64,000 nucleotides of DNA from the human T2T-CHM13v2.0 reference genome, Homo sapiens. Under the pieces are notes generated by a model that had not been told where the DNA came from, did no database searches, and saw nothing but the letters and a program-made list of their open reading frames with translations. The stretch lies in assembly GCF_009914755.1 (NCBI RefSeq), contig NC_060927.1, one strand, 5' to 3'. This document shows, piece after piece, positions 39,621-51,200 of this stretch (positions within the stretch are counted from its first letter, which is position 1; every line of letters begins with the position of its first letter). Both the position numbers and the translations under genes were made by a program.

Positions 39621-41760
39621 AAAACAATGTTTGTTAAAGGGTCAAATTTTAACATTGGATATGCCTATAAAGAAATTAATCAGCTAAATATCATATACTC
39701 CAGTAATTTTTTGTTTCAATTTCGTTCCTGGGATAACTGTCAGGGCAATAGCAGCTGGGGCCTCCAATCGCTTGCTTACTCTGCTGCTTATCTCTTACAT
39801 ACAAATCATAAAAGCCGATTTACAACAGCCTAATCACTTCCAGAGCCTCCCCAGTATGAAAGCAGAGAGGAGAGGATAACAACCTAAGATGATGAATGAG
39901 TGGTTTGAGTGGATGAACTCTAGTAAGAAAGGAAAGAAAACATCTTCAAACTCATGTCTAGAAACAAAAGGTGGACACAATGATCTTTGCAGGGCTTTCC
40001 AACCTAGCTCTTGAGTAGAATTAGGGTCAGCATAAATAACTTAGCAAATACTATTAATTCCCCAGCATGCTGTTTTCCCGAACCTGTCTTTCATAAGCCC
40101 AGAAGTGAAATGTTTTTGAGAGCATCCTGCTTGTGAACAGATTCCTATTTCCGTGAGGAGGTGACCTCGAAGAAGAGCAGCTTCTATTCTGCTGGGAGGT
40201 GTACTGCCTTCTGGTATCAGGCTTCTGCATCCCGGGAAAGCTCGGGATAACCTGAGGCACCCCCTTGAAAAACAAAAGAGCTTGATCAGAGCAGGAGGGT
40301 CCTGTTGCACAAGCCCAGCATCTACTATCAGTTTCACCTAAATGTAAGCCATTCATTCCCCTGGACTATGTGTGGGTGGGACTGGAAATACTACCTGCTC
40401 ACTCTAGAGAGGAGAAATGCCTCTCTTCTGATTCATTAACTCAGATTTTCCTCCAGGGTCTTCTTGCATGCAGGGCATGAACAGAAAGGCCAATGTTGAC
40501 CAAAGATGAGCAATAACTGTGTACTTGCCTCTAGAAAGGGTAGTTCTGTGGTTACTTTCATTACTGGCAAAATCTAGAATCCTTACGCAGACCTTAAGGC
40601 CCTACGTGACTTGGCTCTCTTCTCTTTCTCCAAGATAATCAACTAAACACTCCTCCTCGCTTAACTCTGCTTCAGCTGTGCTTACATTCCTCCCTGTCCC
40701 CCCAAACACAACAATAAGCTTATTCCAGCAGGCCTTGGAAAACTCTTCCCTTTGCATGCCTGACTTCTGTTTGTTAAAGTCCTCGTGTAGATGTCACCTC
40801 CTCAGCAGTGTCATTTCTGAACACTCCTTCTAAAGTAGCAAAGTTAGTTGTCTTCTGGCCAACCACTCACTATTGCACTTGACCCTTTTTTAAACTACCC
40901 ACCCTGACTTATTAAGGTCATATGTAAGTTTGTAGCTGAATGAATCCCCTGGGAGCCAGGATCTTCTCCCTACTCTTCACTGTATTCTTGCAGAGCTAGC
41001 AGTGCCCAGTACCCTTTGGTGCTCAATACATACTCATGGAATAAACGTAAATGGATTCTCATGTTACCCACAGCTTGGAAAAAAGCAACCACCCTCCAAC
41101 CTGGAGTGGGTCAGTGCTGTGATCCACATGGGTGGGATTCCAAACATCCAGAAAAAAATACCATGATCACACCTGTCAATCTCCATCTCTGGTGATTCAT
41201 TATATAGCCCACCATCTGGGGTTTCTCCAATTTTAAAGTCAAAGTACACGTGATTTATAATGAGCTCCCTGCACTGCAGAAATGTTTTCTCCTTACTAAT
41301 CACAGCTCTGTTGATGTGTTTAAATTAGCAGCTGATACTGTCCCCAAGATGGAACTGTACTGTCACAGGTCACACTCCAACTTGAGAAGCACTCCTTTCC
41401 CCTCTAACTACGAACAGAACTGGAGAGCTACTTTCTGGCTGGGTGACTTGGGGAAATTTGTAAACCTCTTGAGATGCATCAGTAAGATGGGCATAATGAC
41501 AGGAAGTGAGTACTAAAGCTGTAGTGATGATTAGATGAGGAAAAATGTATCTTTCCTTTTTAAGGTTCATCATGACTATGGTGCATCTGTGTAGTTGTTG
41601 TTTCATCTCTGTCTTCTTGACAGATCAGCAGCTCCAAGAGGGCAGAAACTGTGCTCCTGTTTGCTAGCCCTGACCTCATACCTGGTATTCAGTATGCAGG
41701 AAGAAGGTTTAGTAAGGCCTAAAATTCCCCAAGGAAAGAAAGCATGCCTCAAGACTGTGA

Positions 41761-42065
41761 ATGCCCTCCAGACATTTACAACTCATACTGATGATTTAGC
41801 TCCCTTTCAGTAGGGTCTTTCCTATATTATTTATTATTTATGTGCTGGGGCAGAGACATGAAGAAAATGGAGCTGTTTAGAACAGGAGTTTGCAAACTGC
41901 AATGGCCAGTGAACCAAATCCAGCTCACCGCTCACTGCCTGTTTTTCTAAATAAAGTTGTATTGGAACACAACCACACCTATTCATTTGCATATTGTCGA
42001 GGGTTGCTTTCTGGAGTTGGGAGTTGTGACAGACTGTATGACCTGCGAAGACTCAAATATGTTAC
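41761..42065 (+). repeat. Copy A of a ~300-bp local direct repeat (unique flank plus truncated MER58)
   Basis: Colinear with 43489-43788, roughly 80-85% identical by eye. Confidence 0.95.
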
Positions 42066-43170
42066 AGGCAAACAAATATCATTGAATGCATGATTGTATG
42101 GATTAATGAATTTGAGAAACAGGGCCTGATGCACTGATATCCACTTGAACGCCAGCCACTGTTGTAAATTATCTGTGCCTCCAAACCGTGGCTGGGATTC
42201 CTCCTCTACACAGACGAAGCTCAACTCTTCATTCCATTTGTCTGTGCTGAACACGACACAGTGTCAAAATAATGCAAATCAATAGAATCCAACCTAATGG
42301 GGCTCTAACATGCCCTTACTCTCCTGTAATAAACACATTTTTCTTTTCTTGTTGTTTAAGCCATGGGGTGTGTGTGTGTCTGTGTGTGCGTGCTCAAGCA
42401 CATGTGTGATAGGGAGGTGGGAGCTGCAAGCTAAATTTGCCAGAGAACTCTGGCTGCAGCACATAGTCCAGGGCAGTATCAGTACCCCTACATCCTCTGG
42501 AGGATCTGGCAGAAGAATCCCACCTGATGGCAAGGAGACACAGATATCAGGTCATTTCCCTCTCAAGCAGAGCTCTGTTTTCTTAATTAACAGAGAGGGT
42601 TTTTCCCTGCCAAATAATGCAGGCTTTATGAGAGGTGCTCAGGGTGATGATAGAGTTAAACGCAGTGATTTATCCATATCCCAAGGGTCAGTGTGACTGG
42701 GAGCTACGCAAATGTCCATGCACCACAGGGGTGCAGGTTCCCTTAAGATCCTTGGCTGTGCTTCTACAAAGAGAGGTCAGCATCCAATTCAGCCTGCGGT
42801 TCTCTGTGGTTTAACTGCCAGCATGAAGGTGCATTTGGGGCATTCTATGGTACACTGGCATTTCTGTCTGAGAAATGTTTCCCTCTCTACAAATAGGAGG
42901 TCTCACAGAAACTGGCCTCTGCGAGAAAATCAATGTTCTTCAAAGAATGCTCAAGGTCTGATGGAACGGAAAGAAAATATTTGCTGGCTCCCCTCCCCCA
43001 CATGTCTTTGTGGGCAAAATGTATGCATGCAAGTCCAGAAAGAAGAAAAAGACTAAGATTGAACGGCAGACTTTAGGCACATCTTTCTGTTCCTTATTTA
43101 TTGTCCTGTCTTATCCCACTCCGCACCAGAAGACAGAGAGCTGTGTTTCTGCCAACTTCAAAGATACATT

Positions 43171-43425
43171 ACCAGGCACGGTGGCTCACTCCTATAAGCC
43201 CAGCGCTTTGGGAAGCTGAGGTGGGAGGAGCTCCTGAGCCCAGGAGTATGAGACCAGCCCTGGAAACATACTAAGACCCCCTAACTACAAAAACAAAAAA
43301 CAGAAAATTAGCCAGGCATAGTGGTGTGCACCTATAGTCCCAGCTACTGGGGAGGCTGAGGCAGTAGGATCACGGTTACAGTGAGCTATGATGACACCAC
43401 TGCACTCCAGAGCCTTTCAAAAAAT
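43171..43425 (+). mobile_element. Alu (AluJ-type) with internal/3' deletions
   Basis: CCAGGCACGGTGGCTCACTCCTATAAGCCCAGC...GAGGCTGAGGCAG; right arm shortened. Confidence 0.88.
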
Positions 43426-43488
43426 AACTTTTTTAAGCATTCATATTTCACATTTCTGTGCAGTAAAGGAAATAGTATCTATTCAACC

Positions 43489-43788
43489 ATGTCCTCCAGA
43501 CATTTACAACTTATACTGATGACGTAGCTCCCTTTCATTAGGGTCTTTCCTATATGATTTTTATTTTCTTTTTTGCTGAGATAGAAACATGGAGAAAATG
43601 GAATTGTTTAGAACAGCGGTTTGCAAACTACAGTGGCAATGGGCCAAATCCAGCTTACTGCCTGTTTTTGTAAATAAATTTGTATTCAAACACAACTACA
43701 CCTATTCATTTGCATGTTGTTGGTGATTGCTTTCCAGATTTGGGGAGTTGTGACAGACTGTATGACCTGCAAAGCCTCAAATATTTAC
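43489..43788 (+). repeat. Copy B of the ~300-bp local direct repeat
   Basis: Matches 41761-42065; the MER58 continues past the end of the match. Confidence 0.95.
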
Positions 43789-43825
43789 TTTCTGGCCCTT
43801 TATAGACACAGGTTGTCAACCTCTG
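43613..43825 (+). mobile_element. MER58A (hAT-Charlie), complete
   Basis: CAGCGGTTTGCAAACTAC...GGGCCAAATCCAGC...GTTTTTGTAAATAAA...AAATATTTACTTTCTGGCCCTTTA...AACCTCTG. Confidence 0.88.
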
Positions 43826-44174
43826 GTTTAGCATGCTGCGGCAAGCCTGAACAGCCCCGAAGTCATGGGCGCTACACAGTTGAAGCCTCTCAGACCGTGC
43901 AAAAAGTGTCCCAAGGTACATATTTGTTTGTTTGAAGCATGTGTGGCGGTAGCTTGATCAGGTCCCTTGGGATCCTTTCTCCAACTAAGTCAATCGATTT
44001 CCTCAACATCCCGAACTTCAAATTGGCAACAGCTGGAGAGATACTGTCATCTGGGCAGTGGAGCTTAAACGCCACCACATGTTTCTTGGTGACAGGGCAT
44101 GGAATGGCTCAAACAGAGTATGACAAAGAAGGCTGGGGGTGGGGACAGAAAGAGGAGAGTGGGACAATATGAAT

Positions 44175-44326
44175 GCACTCGAAAGTGTGATCTGTGGACC
44201 AGCCACGATGCCATCCCTTGGGAGCTGGTTGCAGACTCTCAGGCCCTCACCGGACTTGCAGAATTCAAATCCACATTTGAACGAGATCCCTGGTGATTCT
44301 CATGTTCATGAGAGTTAGAGGAACAC
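44175..44326 (+). mobile_element. MER5A-like remnant
   Basis: AAAGTGTGATCTGTGGACCAGC...CTTGGGAGCTGGTT...CTCAGGCCC...CCTGGTGATTCTCATG. Confidence 0.65.
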
Positions 44327-44421
44327 CAAGATGATGGGAGTTTCAAGGACTATTTTCTTTGCAACACAAGGGTGCTTCTACTCCAGGAAACAAGACCCTC
44401 ACACTCTCAGAGACTCTAATT

Positions 44422-44636
44422 CAGGGTTTCCCAACCTCAGTACTACTGACATTTCGGGCTGGATAATTCTTTGTTTGGTGGGCTGTCCTGTGCACTTCAG
44501 GATGTTCAGCAGTATCTCTGGACTCTACCCACTAGATGCCAGTCACACATCCCTCTGGTTGTGACAGCCCCGAAATGTCTCCAAACAGTGCCAAATGTCC
44601 CTGGAGGGCAAAATCGCCCCCAACTGAGGACCGCTG
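44422..44636 (-). mobile_element. MER20
   Basis: CAGGGTTTCCCAACCTCAG...CCACTAGATGCCAGT...GGGCAAAATCGCCCCCAACTGAGGACCGCTG. Confidence 0.92.
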
Positions 44637-46464
44637 CTCTAACAGATCCTGTCCTCCACCTGCTGCTTGACCATAGCCCAAGGGGAGCTCTGTTCCTGTC
44701 CACCCAGTTGTTGGAGTGAGTTAAACCTGCTCTACCCCATCCTGCAGACAGGAGCCTCGTCACGATGGGGGTTGCCGCTCCTTCTTTCTAGAGAAGGATT
44801 ATCAGGGCTCTGCCTGGTTGGGTGTGGTATGTCCCCAAAACTGGGGAACTCTAAAAGTTATTTTCTCTCTAAACTCTTCTCAGAAAATTCACATTCCTTT
44901 CTCTCAGTGGGTATCAAGAACTCCCCAGTTAAGGCCTTTGCTGTCTAATTTTCCTGGCAGGTTTGAAGCTTTTGAAATCCTGAGTTTTTGATGTATCTCT
45001 TTTACTTCCTTACTCCAGCCACTGGCCTATCTAGCAGGTCTCAGGTGATCAGCAGATCACAAGTTGGCTTGCAGTCAGTTACACATCTGTCATCTGCTCT
45101 GGTGCTACCAGGATCAGTGCTGGTAGTCTAAGGAATGATTTCCTCTGCCAGCTGCACTGGGGAAGGGAAAGGGAAAGGGGAGGCCAAGCCCTGGGGCAGG
45201 GGTGGGGGAGGAGGGGAGTGTGCATAACTTCTTACTTCACACTCCCACCCCCAGGCTTGGCCTGCCTTCCCTCTCAGTCAGGCATGGGCTGTTTAGGCCC
45301 AAACTAAATAACAGCCTCTTTACAACCAGCTGCTTCCAAAGAGGGTCATGGACTGATCTTGGTTTTCCCAACAATAGCGGCTTTGTTTTTTAGCAGCATT
45401 CATTCTAGGGACTTGCCTTTGAACTGGAGGTTGGGGAGTGACAAGCATTATAATGGGACTAGAATCACTTCTCTGACAGACCCAGTACAGTTACAAGGAC
45501 AAGTCAGATAAAAACTTGAGTGTGGATTGGAGGTTTCTTACCTTCTATCCCTTTCCTTGCTCATCCTATTAACTTCCGGATAAATCAGTGAACCCAATAA
45601 AGATGGAGTCAATTTTAACTAAAACCACTTGTAAAAGTGAAGGAGGAAACCAGGAAGGGACATCTTCCAGAATCATGTGGAGTCAGTTTTAACTAGTACC
45701 ACTCAGCTCCATGGGGGATTCTGGTTGTATTGCCACAAAGCATATTGCTAATTGAAAGGATACACAACAAATTCAGACCAGTTGAAGATTTTTTTGCCAG
45801 AGTTTGCTCTGGGTTTACACTGACCCCATGCTGCTTTCTAGAACCCATTAGTCTGGGTCAACAAGCAGACCATGCTGTATTTACTTGGGAAACACTTGAC
45901 TACAGGAGGACAAAAGCTAAATGGCTCCCAAGTGGTAGAGAGTGGGCAGCCAAGAACCTGGGGACCCACTGAGTTGCTTCAAAGATCTTTGACAAAGCCC
46001 TGCTATTGCCAGGCACTGGGAGCACAACTGTGAACAAGGCCCTTTAAGAGGACAATGTAGAAGGATATGACCTAGTGCAGGGAGAACAGATAACCAAGTC
46101 AGCATAGCAAGGTGACCATTACAGATAATAATCACTAGGAAGGAAATAAAGGGGATGCTATGGCAGAGAATAAAGACTGGACCTACTTTGAGTGCTGGAA
46201 AAGAACTCTGTGTTGGTGATGACTATGGGGAGACCTAAAGGATGAGAAGGAGCCCACCCAGCCAAGGGCAGGGAAAAGTGTTCCAGGCAGAGGGAGCAAG
46301 AATATTTTGTACTAAAGAAGGTGCCACGAGCTCTAAGATGTAGCAGAGGGGCAATGACACTGGAACATTGTGAGCAAGGAGGACAGCAGCAGGAATGAGG
46401 CTCAGAAGGTGAAAAGGAGCCACACGGAGGTTCTTCCTAGGCCACTCTGGGTTTTAAAAGTGTC

Positions 46465-46590
46465 GGGAGGCTGAGGCAGGAGAATGGCGTGAATCCAGGA
46501 GGCGGAGCTTGCAGTGAGCCGAGATCGTGCCACTGCACTCCAGCCTGGGAGACAGACAGACTCCATCTCAAAAAAAAAAAAAAAAAAAAA
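46465..46590 (+). mobile_element. 5'-truncated AluY (right-arm part only) with TSD
   Basis: GGGAGGCTGAGGCAGGAGAATGGCGTGAA..GGCGGAGCTTGCAGTGAGCCGAGATCG plus poly-A; TSD AAAAGTGTC on both sides. Confidence 0.93.
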
Positions 46591-46619
46591 AAAAGTGTCT
46601 TTCATGTGCTGCTGGCAAA

Positions 46620-46865
46620 ATTATAAAAAGTAACTGAGAGGCAGCACAGGGGACTGGTGAAAGCATTGGCTTTGGAGTTCACCTTCCAGTTCTGTCCCTT
46701 GAAGCTGTGCCTTCTCAGGCAGGCCTGGACTCTTTTGTGCTCAGTTCCCTCATCTGTGAAATGGGAATAATCATACAACCTAAGGGAGAAGGTATTAAAT
46801 GGGTTAAAACACAAAGTACTTAGAACAGTGCTGGTGCGGGGACACCAATGAAATGTTCAATCTTC
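46620..46865 (+). mobile_element. MIR
   Basis: MIR core CTCAGTTCCCTCATCTGTGAAATGGGAATAAT...AAAGTACTTAGAACAGTG. Confidence 0.75.
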
Positions 46866-47214
46866 TTACTGTCCTTTACTCCATATTTATCTGTCACTTT
46901 TAAAGCATTTTTACGCATGTTGTCATATATGAAATTGCTGGGCATTGTTATACAATCTTTCTAAGTGGGAAAAGGGAGTTTGGATGATTTGCCCAAGGTC
47001 ATACAGAAGCTACTTGAGAACTCTTCTCCCACCTCCTGCCTTTTATTACTGTGAATACAAAAAGTAAAAGGAATGTGGCCAGAGTGCTAGCAGTCAGAGA
47101 TTTGAGGGGCCAGGAGGCAGAGAGAAGTACAGATCCAGTGACACTCCCCAGCTTCTAACCAGCAGCTGCAATGAAAACAGTCCTTTTTATTAATGAATAG
47201 TTTTCTATTGTATA

Positions 47215-47520
47215 AATATGAATTACATGCAACAACATGGATGAATCTCATAAAGTAAAAGATACCAGATATAAAATAACATGTACAGTATATCCCATTT
47301 ATAGAAAGTTAAAATCCACCCCAAATCATCTATGCTGTTAGATGTCAGAATAGTGCTTACTTTGGAGAGGAAGGAAGAGCAGCGGCTGGGAGGGGGCATG
47401 AGGGAGCTTCTAGGTTACTGGCACTGCCTATTGCTTGACTTGGGAGATGGTACCATCAGTGTAATAATTCACTGAGGTGTCACTTGTGATTTTTGCATAT
47501 TTCTATTTGTTATACAGCTA
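47215..47520 (+). mobile_element. L1ME-type 3' fragment
   Basis: CATGCAACAACATGGATGAATCTCA...GGGAGGGGGCATGAGGGAGCTTCTAGG. Confidence 0.75.
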
Positions 47521-48264
47521 TATAATGTTTATGAGAAATTATAACTGAGAGGCAAGAATGCACTCATGACAATGTAAAAGGTAAACATGCAGAACTCACA
47601 ATCCCCTATCCCAACACACACACACTTCCTCAACGGCATGTCTCATACACTAGACTTGTATGGCTGGCACACATGGTTCCACCTGGTGGCCAACACACTA
47701 AGCTTTTTTATTTAATCTCAAGGGTTAAATTTCCTTTTGCCTTTTTAAGTTGGGATACACCAGGACCTTTATCACCTATGCTCTTACCCTTGGCCAAATT
47801 TACACATTTATTATACCTGCCTGTCCACACCCCTCCTTTCCCCATTAGACATATGCATTTCCCACTGGTCTCAGCCAACTTGATGAGGTGGGTTAGATGT
47901 TTGGATAAAAGTGGTTTATGGATTTAAGAGGCAAAATACAATGTACTCCTTTAGGCTTGGGATCTTTGCTTCTCAAGATCTCCCTTCTCTACAGGTGGGG
48001 GTTGATAAAGTGCCATTTGTGGGACAGCAGTTCATGACCTCATGTACAACAGAACCAATTACTAGATTGGCTGACAGATGGATAAATGGGTACAATGGAC
48101 AAGAAGATGGAATAATTTTTAAATGGATGGGTGTATGGTATGAAGGATAATAAAGGGTGGGGATAAATAAATGGAAGGATAACTGAATTAATCAATGAAT
48201 GGGTGCAAATGTGATGTAGTTACAGGACAGACAAAGTTTTGGGCTCTCAAAAAAAGTTAACCTC

Positions 48265-51200
48265 CAAGTGGGACCTAATTAAACTAAAGAGCTTCTGCAC
48301 AGCAAAATAAACTACCAACAGAGTAAACAGACAACCCACAGAATGGGAGGAAATATTTTCAAACTGTGCATCAGACAAGGCCTAATATACAGAATCTATA
48401 AAGAACTTAACTGAATAAGCAAAAAACAGCTCCATTAAAAAATGAGCAAAGGGGGAGAAGGCAAGATGGCTGACTAGACGGAGACAAGTGGAACAGCTCC
48501 CAAGGAGGGACTGAGATGACTGGCATGCTTTTAACAGATCTTCAGAAGGAGGGCACTGAGAATGGATGGAGGCAAGACATAGAAATCTGGGAACCCTGCA
48601 TGGGCTACCCTGCAGCAGGACTCACTTTTGAACAACAACAGCTCAGGGGGAATGGGTGAGTTGAACTGGCAAGGAGCAACCTGCTCTCGTCACAGGCCTT
48701 GGGAACCCTAGAAGGAGGGGGACCCCTTGACCACCATGGACACTTGAGGTGGCAGGGAGGGCTGCTTAGGGAAGTGTTGGGGCAACAAGCCAGCTGATGT
48801 GTAGCCCAGAGGGTTTGCTGTGGGGGTGTCTGCAGTGCAGCACGGGCAGGGGTGGCCATTCCCCTAGACTCAACTTGTTCCCATAAGAGACTTTAGCCCT
48901 AGAAGAACTGTTGGACCTGATCGCTGAAGGGTGGTCTTGCACATCAGATGGGTCTGGTCTGACCTGTGCACCCCTTAGTCTGTTGGCCTCTTCTGGGGCC
49001 CCAGCCTGGCCACACCTGCTTAGAGGGCAGTCTTGGGTACCTTGGGGGCCCACAGCACAGCTTCTGTGCCAGTGAACCTTGCCTGACTGGTGGAGAAGTC
49101 CAGTGAGGTGTGGCCTATACAGCCATGCACGTGCTCCCTCCCCATACTGCAGCTTCCCCGGGGCCCATGGCAATGCCCTACATCACTTTGCTGGCACATG
49201 TCTGCACAGATAGGTTTTGCTTTCCTTGCCCTGCCAGCACACTGGAGTGTAGTCTGCACCCACCCAGCCCCCAGCCACCACTGCAGATGGAGCTTTGGTG
49301 GGCATAAAGCCAGCAAGCCCTGCCCCTGCCAGCACCCTGCCCTTATACTAATACTGCACAGAGAACAGCGGACACCCCCACACCCTCAGGGATCACTCCT
49401 GCTTGCAGGGCACAGAGAAGGCACCCAAACCTGCCCCAGCCAGCACCCTGCCCCAAGCCAATACCATATCCAGTACAACCACACACATAATCTCCAGCAG
49501 GGACCCCCCACTCCACCCAGCTATGCTGCCTCTGTCATTGTGGTGAACACCCACAGGGAGGTAGGCACCCCTGCATCTGCTAGCACTGTTACAGCTGCCA
49601 CACCTTGGCACCTCCAGTGCAGTGGACTCCAAATGTCGCAGAGCCAGATAACAAAGCTGGGGCCCAATACAAGTCCCCCAGAGAAAGAGCACAGTCTAGC
49701 AGTTGGGAGCTGGGTGTTGGCCCCCTAAAATCTCCCCAAAATGAAGCCAGTCAGCTGAATCCATCTCATACCAAAATCAAACCCTCAAAGTCATCAAATA
49801 GGATTAAGAAAAAAAAAAAAACCATGCAAAGGTCAGCAACCTCAAAGATGGAAGGTAGATAAGCCCACAAATTTGAGAAAGAATCAGGGCAAGAATGCTG
49901 AAAATACGAAAAGCCAGAGTGCCTTCTTTCCTCCAAACAACCGCATCACCTTTCCAGCAAGGAATCATAACTGGGCTGAGGCTAAGATAGCTAAAATAAC
50001 AGAAATGAAATTCAGAATATGGATAGGAATGAAGATCATTGAGCTCAGTACACTGAAACCCAATGCAAGGAAGCTAAAAATGATGATAAAACAATGCAGG
50101 AGCTGACAGACAAAATAGCCAATATAGAGAAAAACATAACTGACCTTAGAGAGCTAAAAAAACCCATTACAAGAATTTCACAACACAATCACAAGTATTA
50201 ATAGAATAGAGTAACTGGAGAAAAGAATCTCAGAGCTTGAAGACTGGCTTTTTGAAATAAGACAGGCAGACAAGAATAGAAAAAAAAAAAAGAATGAAAA
50301 GGAATAAACAAAACCTTTGAGAAATATGGGATTATGTAAAGGGACCAAATCTATGACTGATTGGTGTCCTTGAAAGAGATGGGGAGAATGGAACCAACTT
50401 AGTAAACATACTTCAAGATATCATTCATGAGAACTTCCCCAACCTAGCTAGAGAGGCCAACATTCTTAAGATACTTCAAAAGAAGATTATCCCCAGTACA
50501 CATAATCATAAGATTTTCTGAGGTCAAAATAAAAGAAAAAAATGTTAAAGGCAGCTAGAGGGAAGGATCAGGTCATCTACAAAAGGAAGCCCATCAGACT
50601 GACAGCAGACTTCTCAGCTGAAACCCTGTAAGCCAGAAAAGAATGGGGGCCAATATTCAACATTCTTAAAGAAAAGAAATTCCAACCCAGAATTTCATCT
50701 CCGGCCAAACTAAGATTCATAAGCAAAGGAGAAATAAGATCCTTTTCAGACAAGCAAATGCTGAAGGAATTTGTTCCCACTAGACCTGCCTTACAAGAGC
50801 TCCTGAAGGAAGTACTTAATTTGCAAAGGAAAGACCATTACCAGCCTCTGTAAAAACACACTGAAGTACCCAGACCAGTGTCACTGTAAAGAAACTACAT
50901 AAACAAGTTTGCAAAATAACCAGCTAACATAATGATGACAGGATTAAATCTACACATATCAGTACTAACCTTAAATGTAAATGGGCTGAATGACCCAATT
51001 AAAAGACACAGTGTGGCAAGCTGGATGAAGAACCAAGCCCCATTATTATGCTGTCTTCAAGACACCCATCTCACATGCAGACACACACAGGCTCAAAATA
51101 AAGAGATAGAGAAAAACCTACCCAGCAAATGGAAAACAGAAAAAAGCAGGAGTTGCAATCCTAGTTTCTGACAAAACAGAGTTTAAGCCAACAAAGATCA

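Noticed and set aside
49090-49728. 212-aa ORF
   Set aside because: Lies in the GC-rich 5'UTR of the old L1, starts at GTG and is Pro/His/Cys-rich low-information sequence; expected by chance
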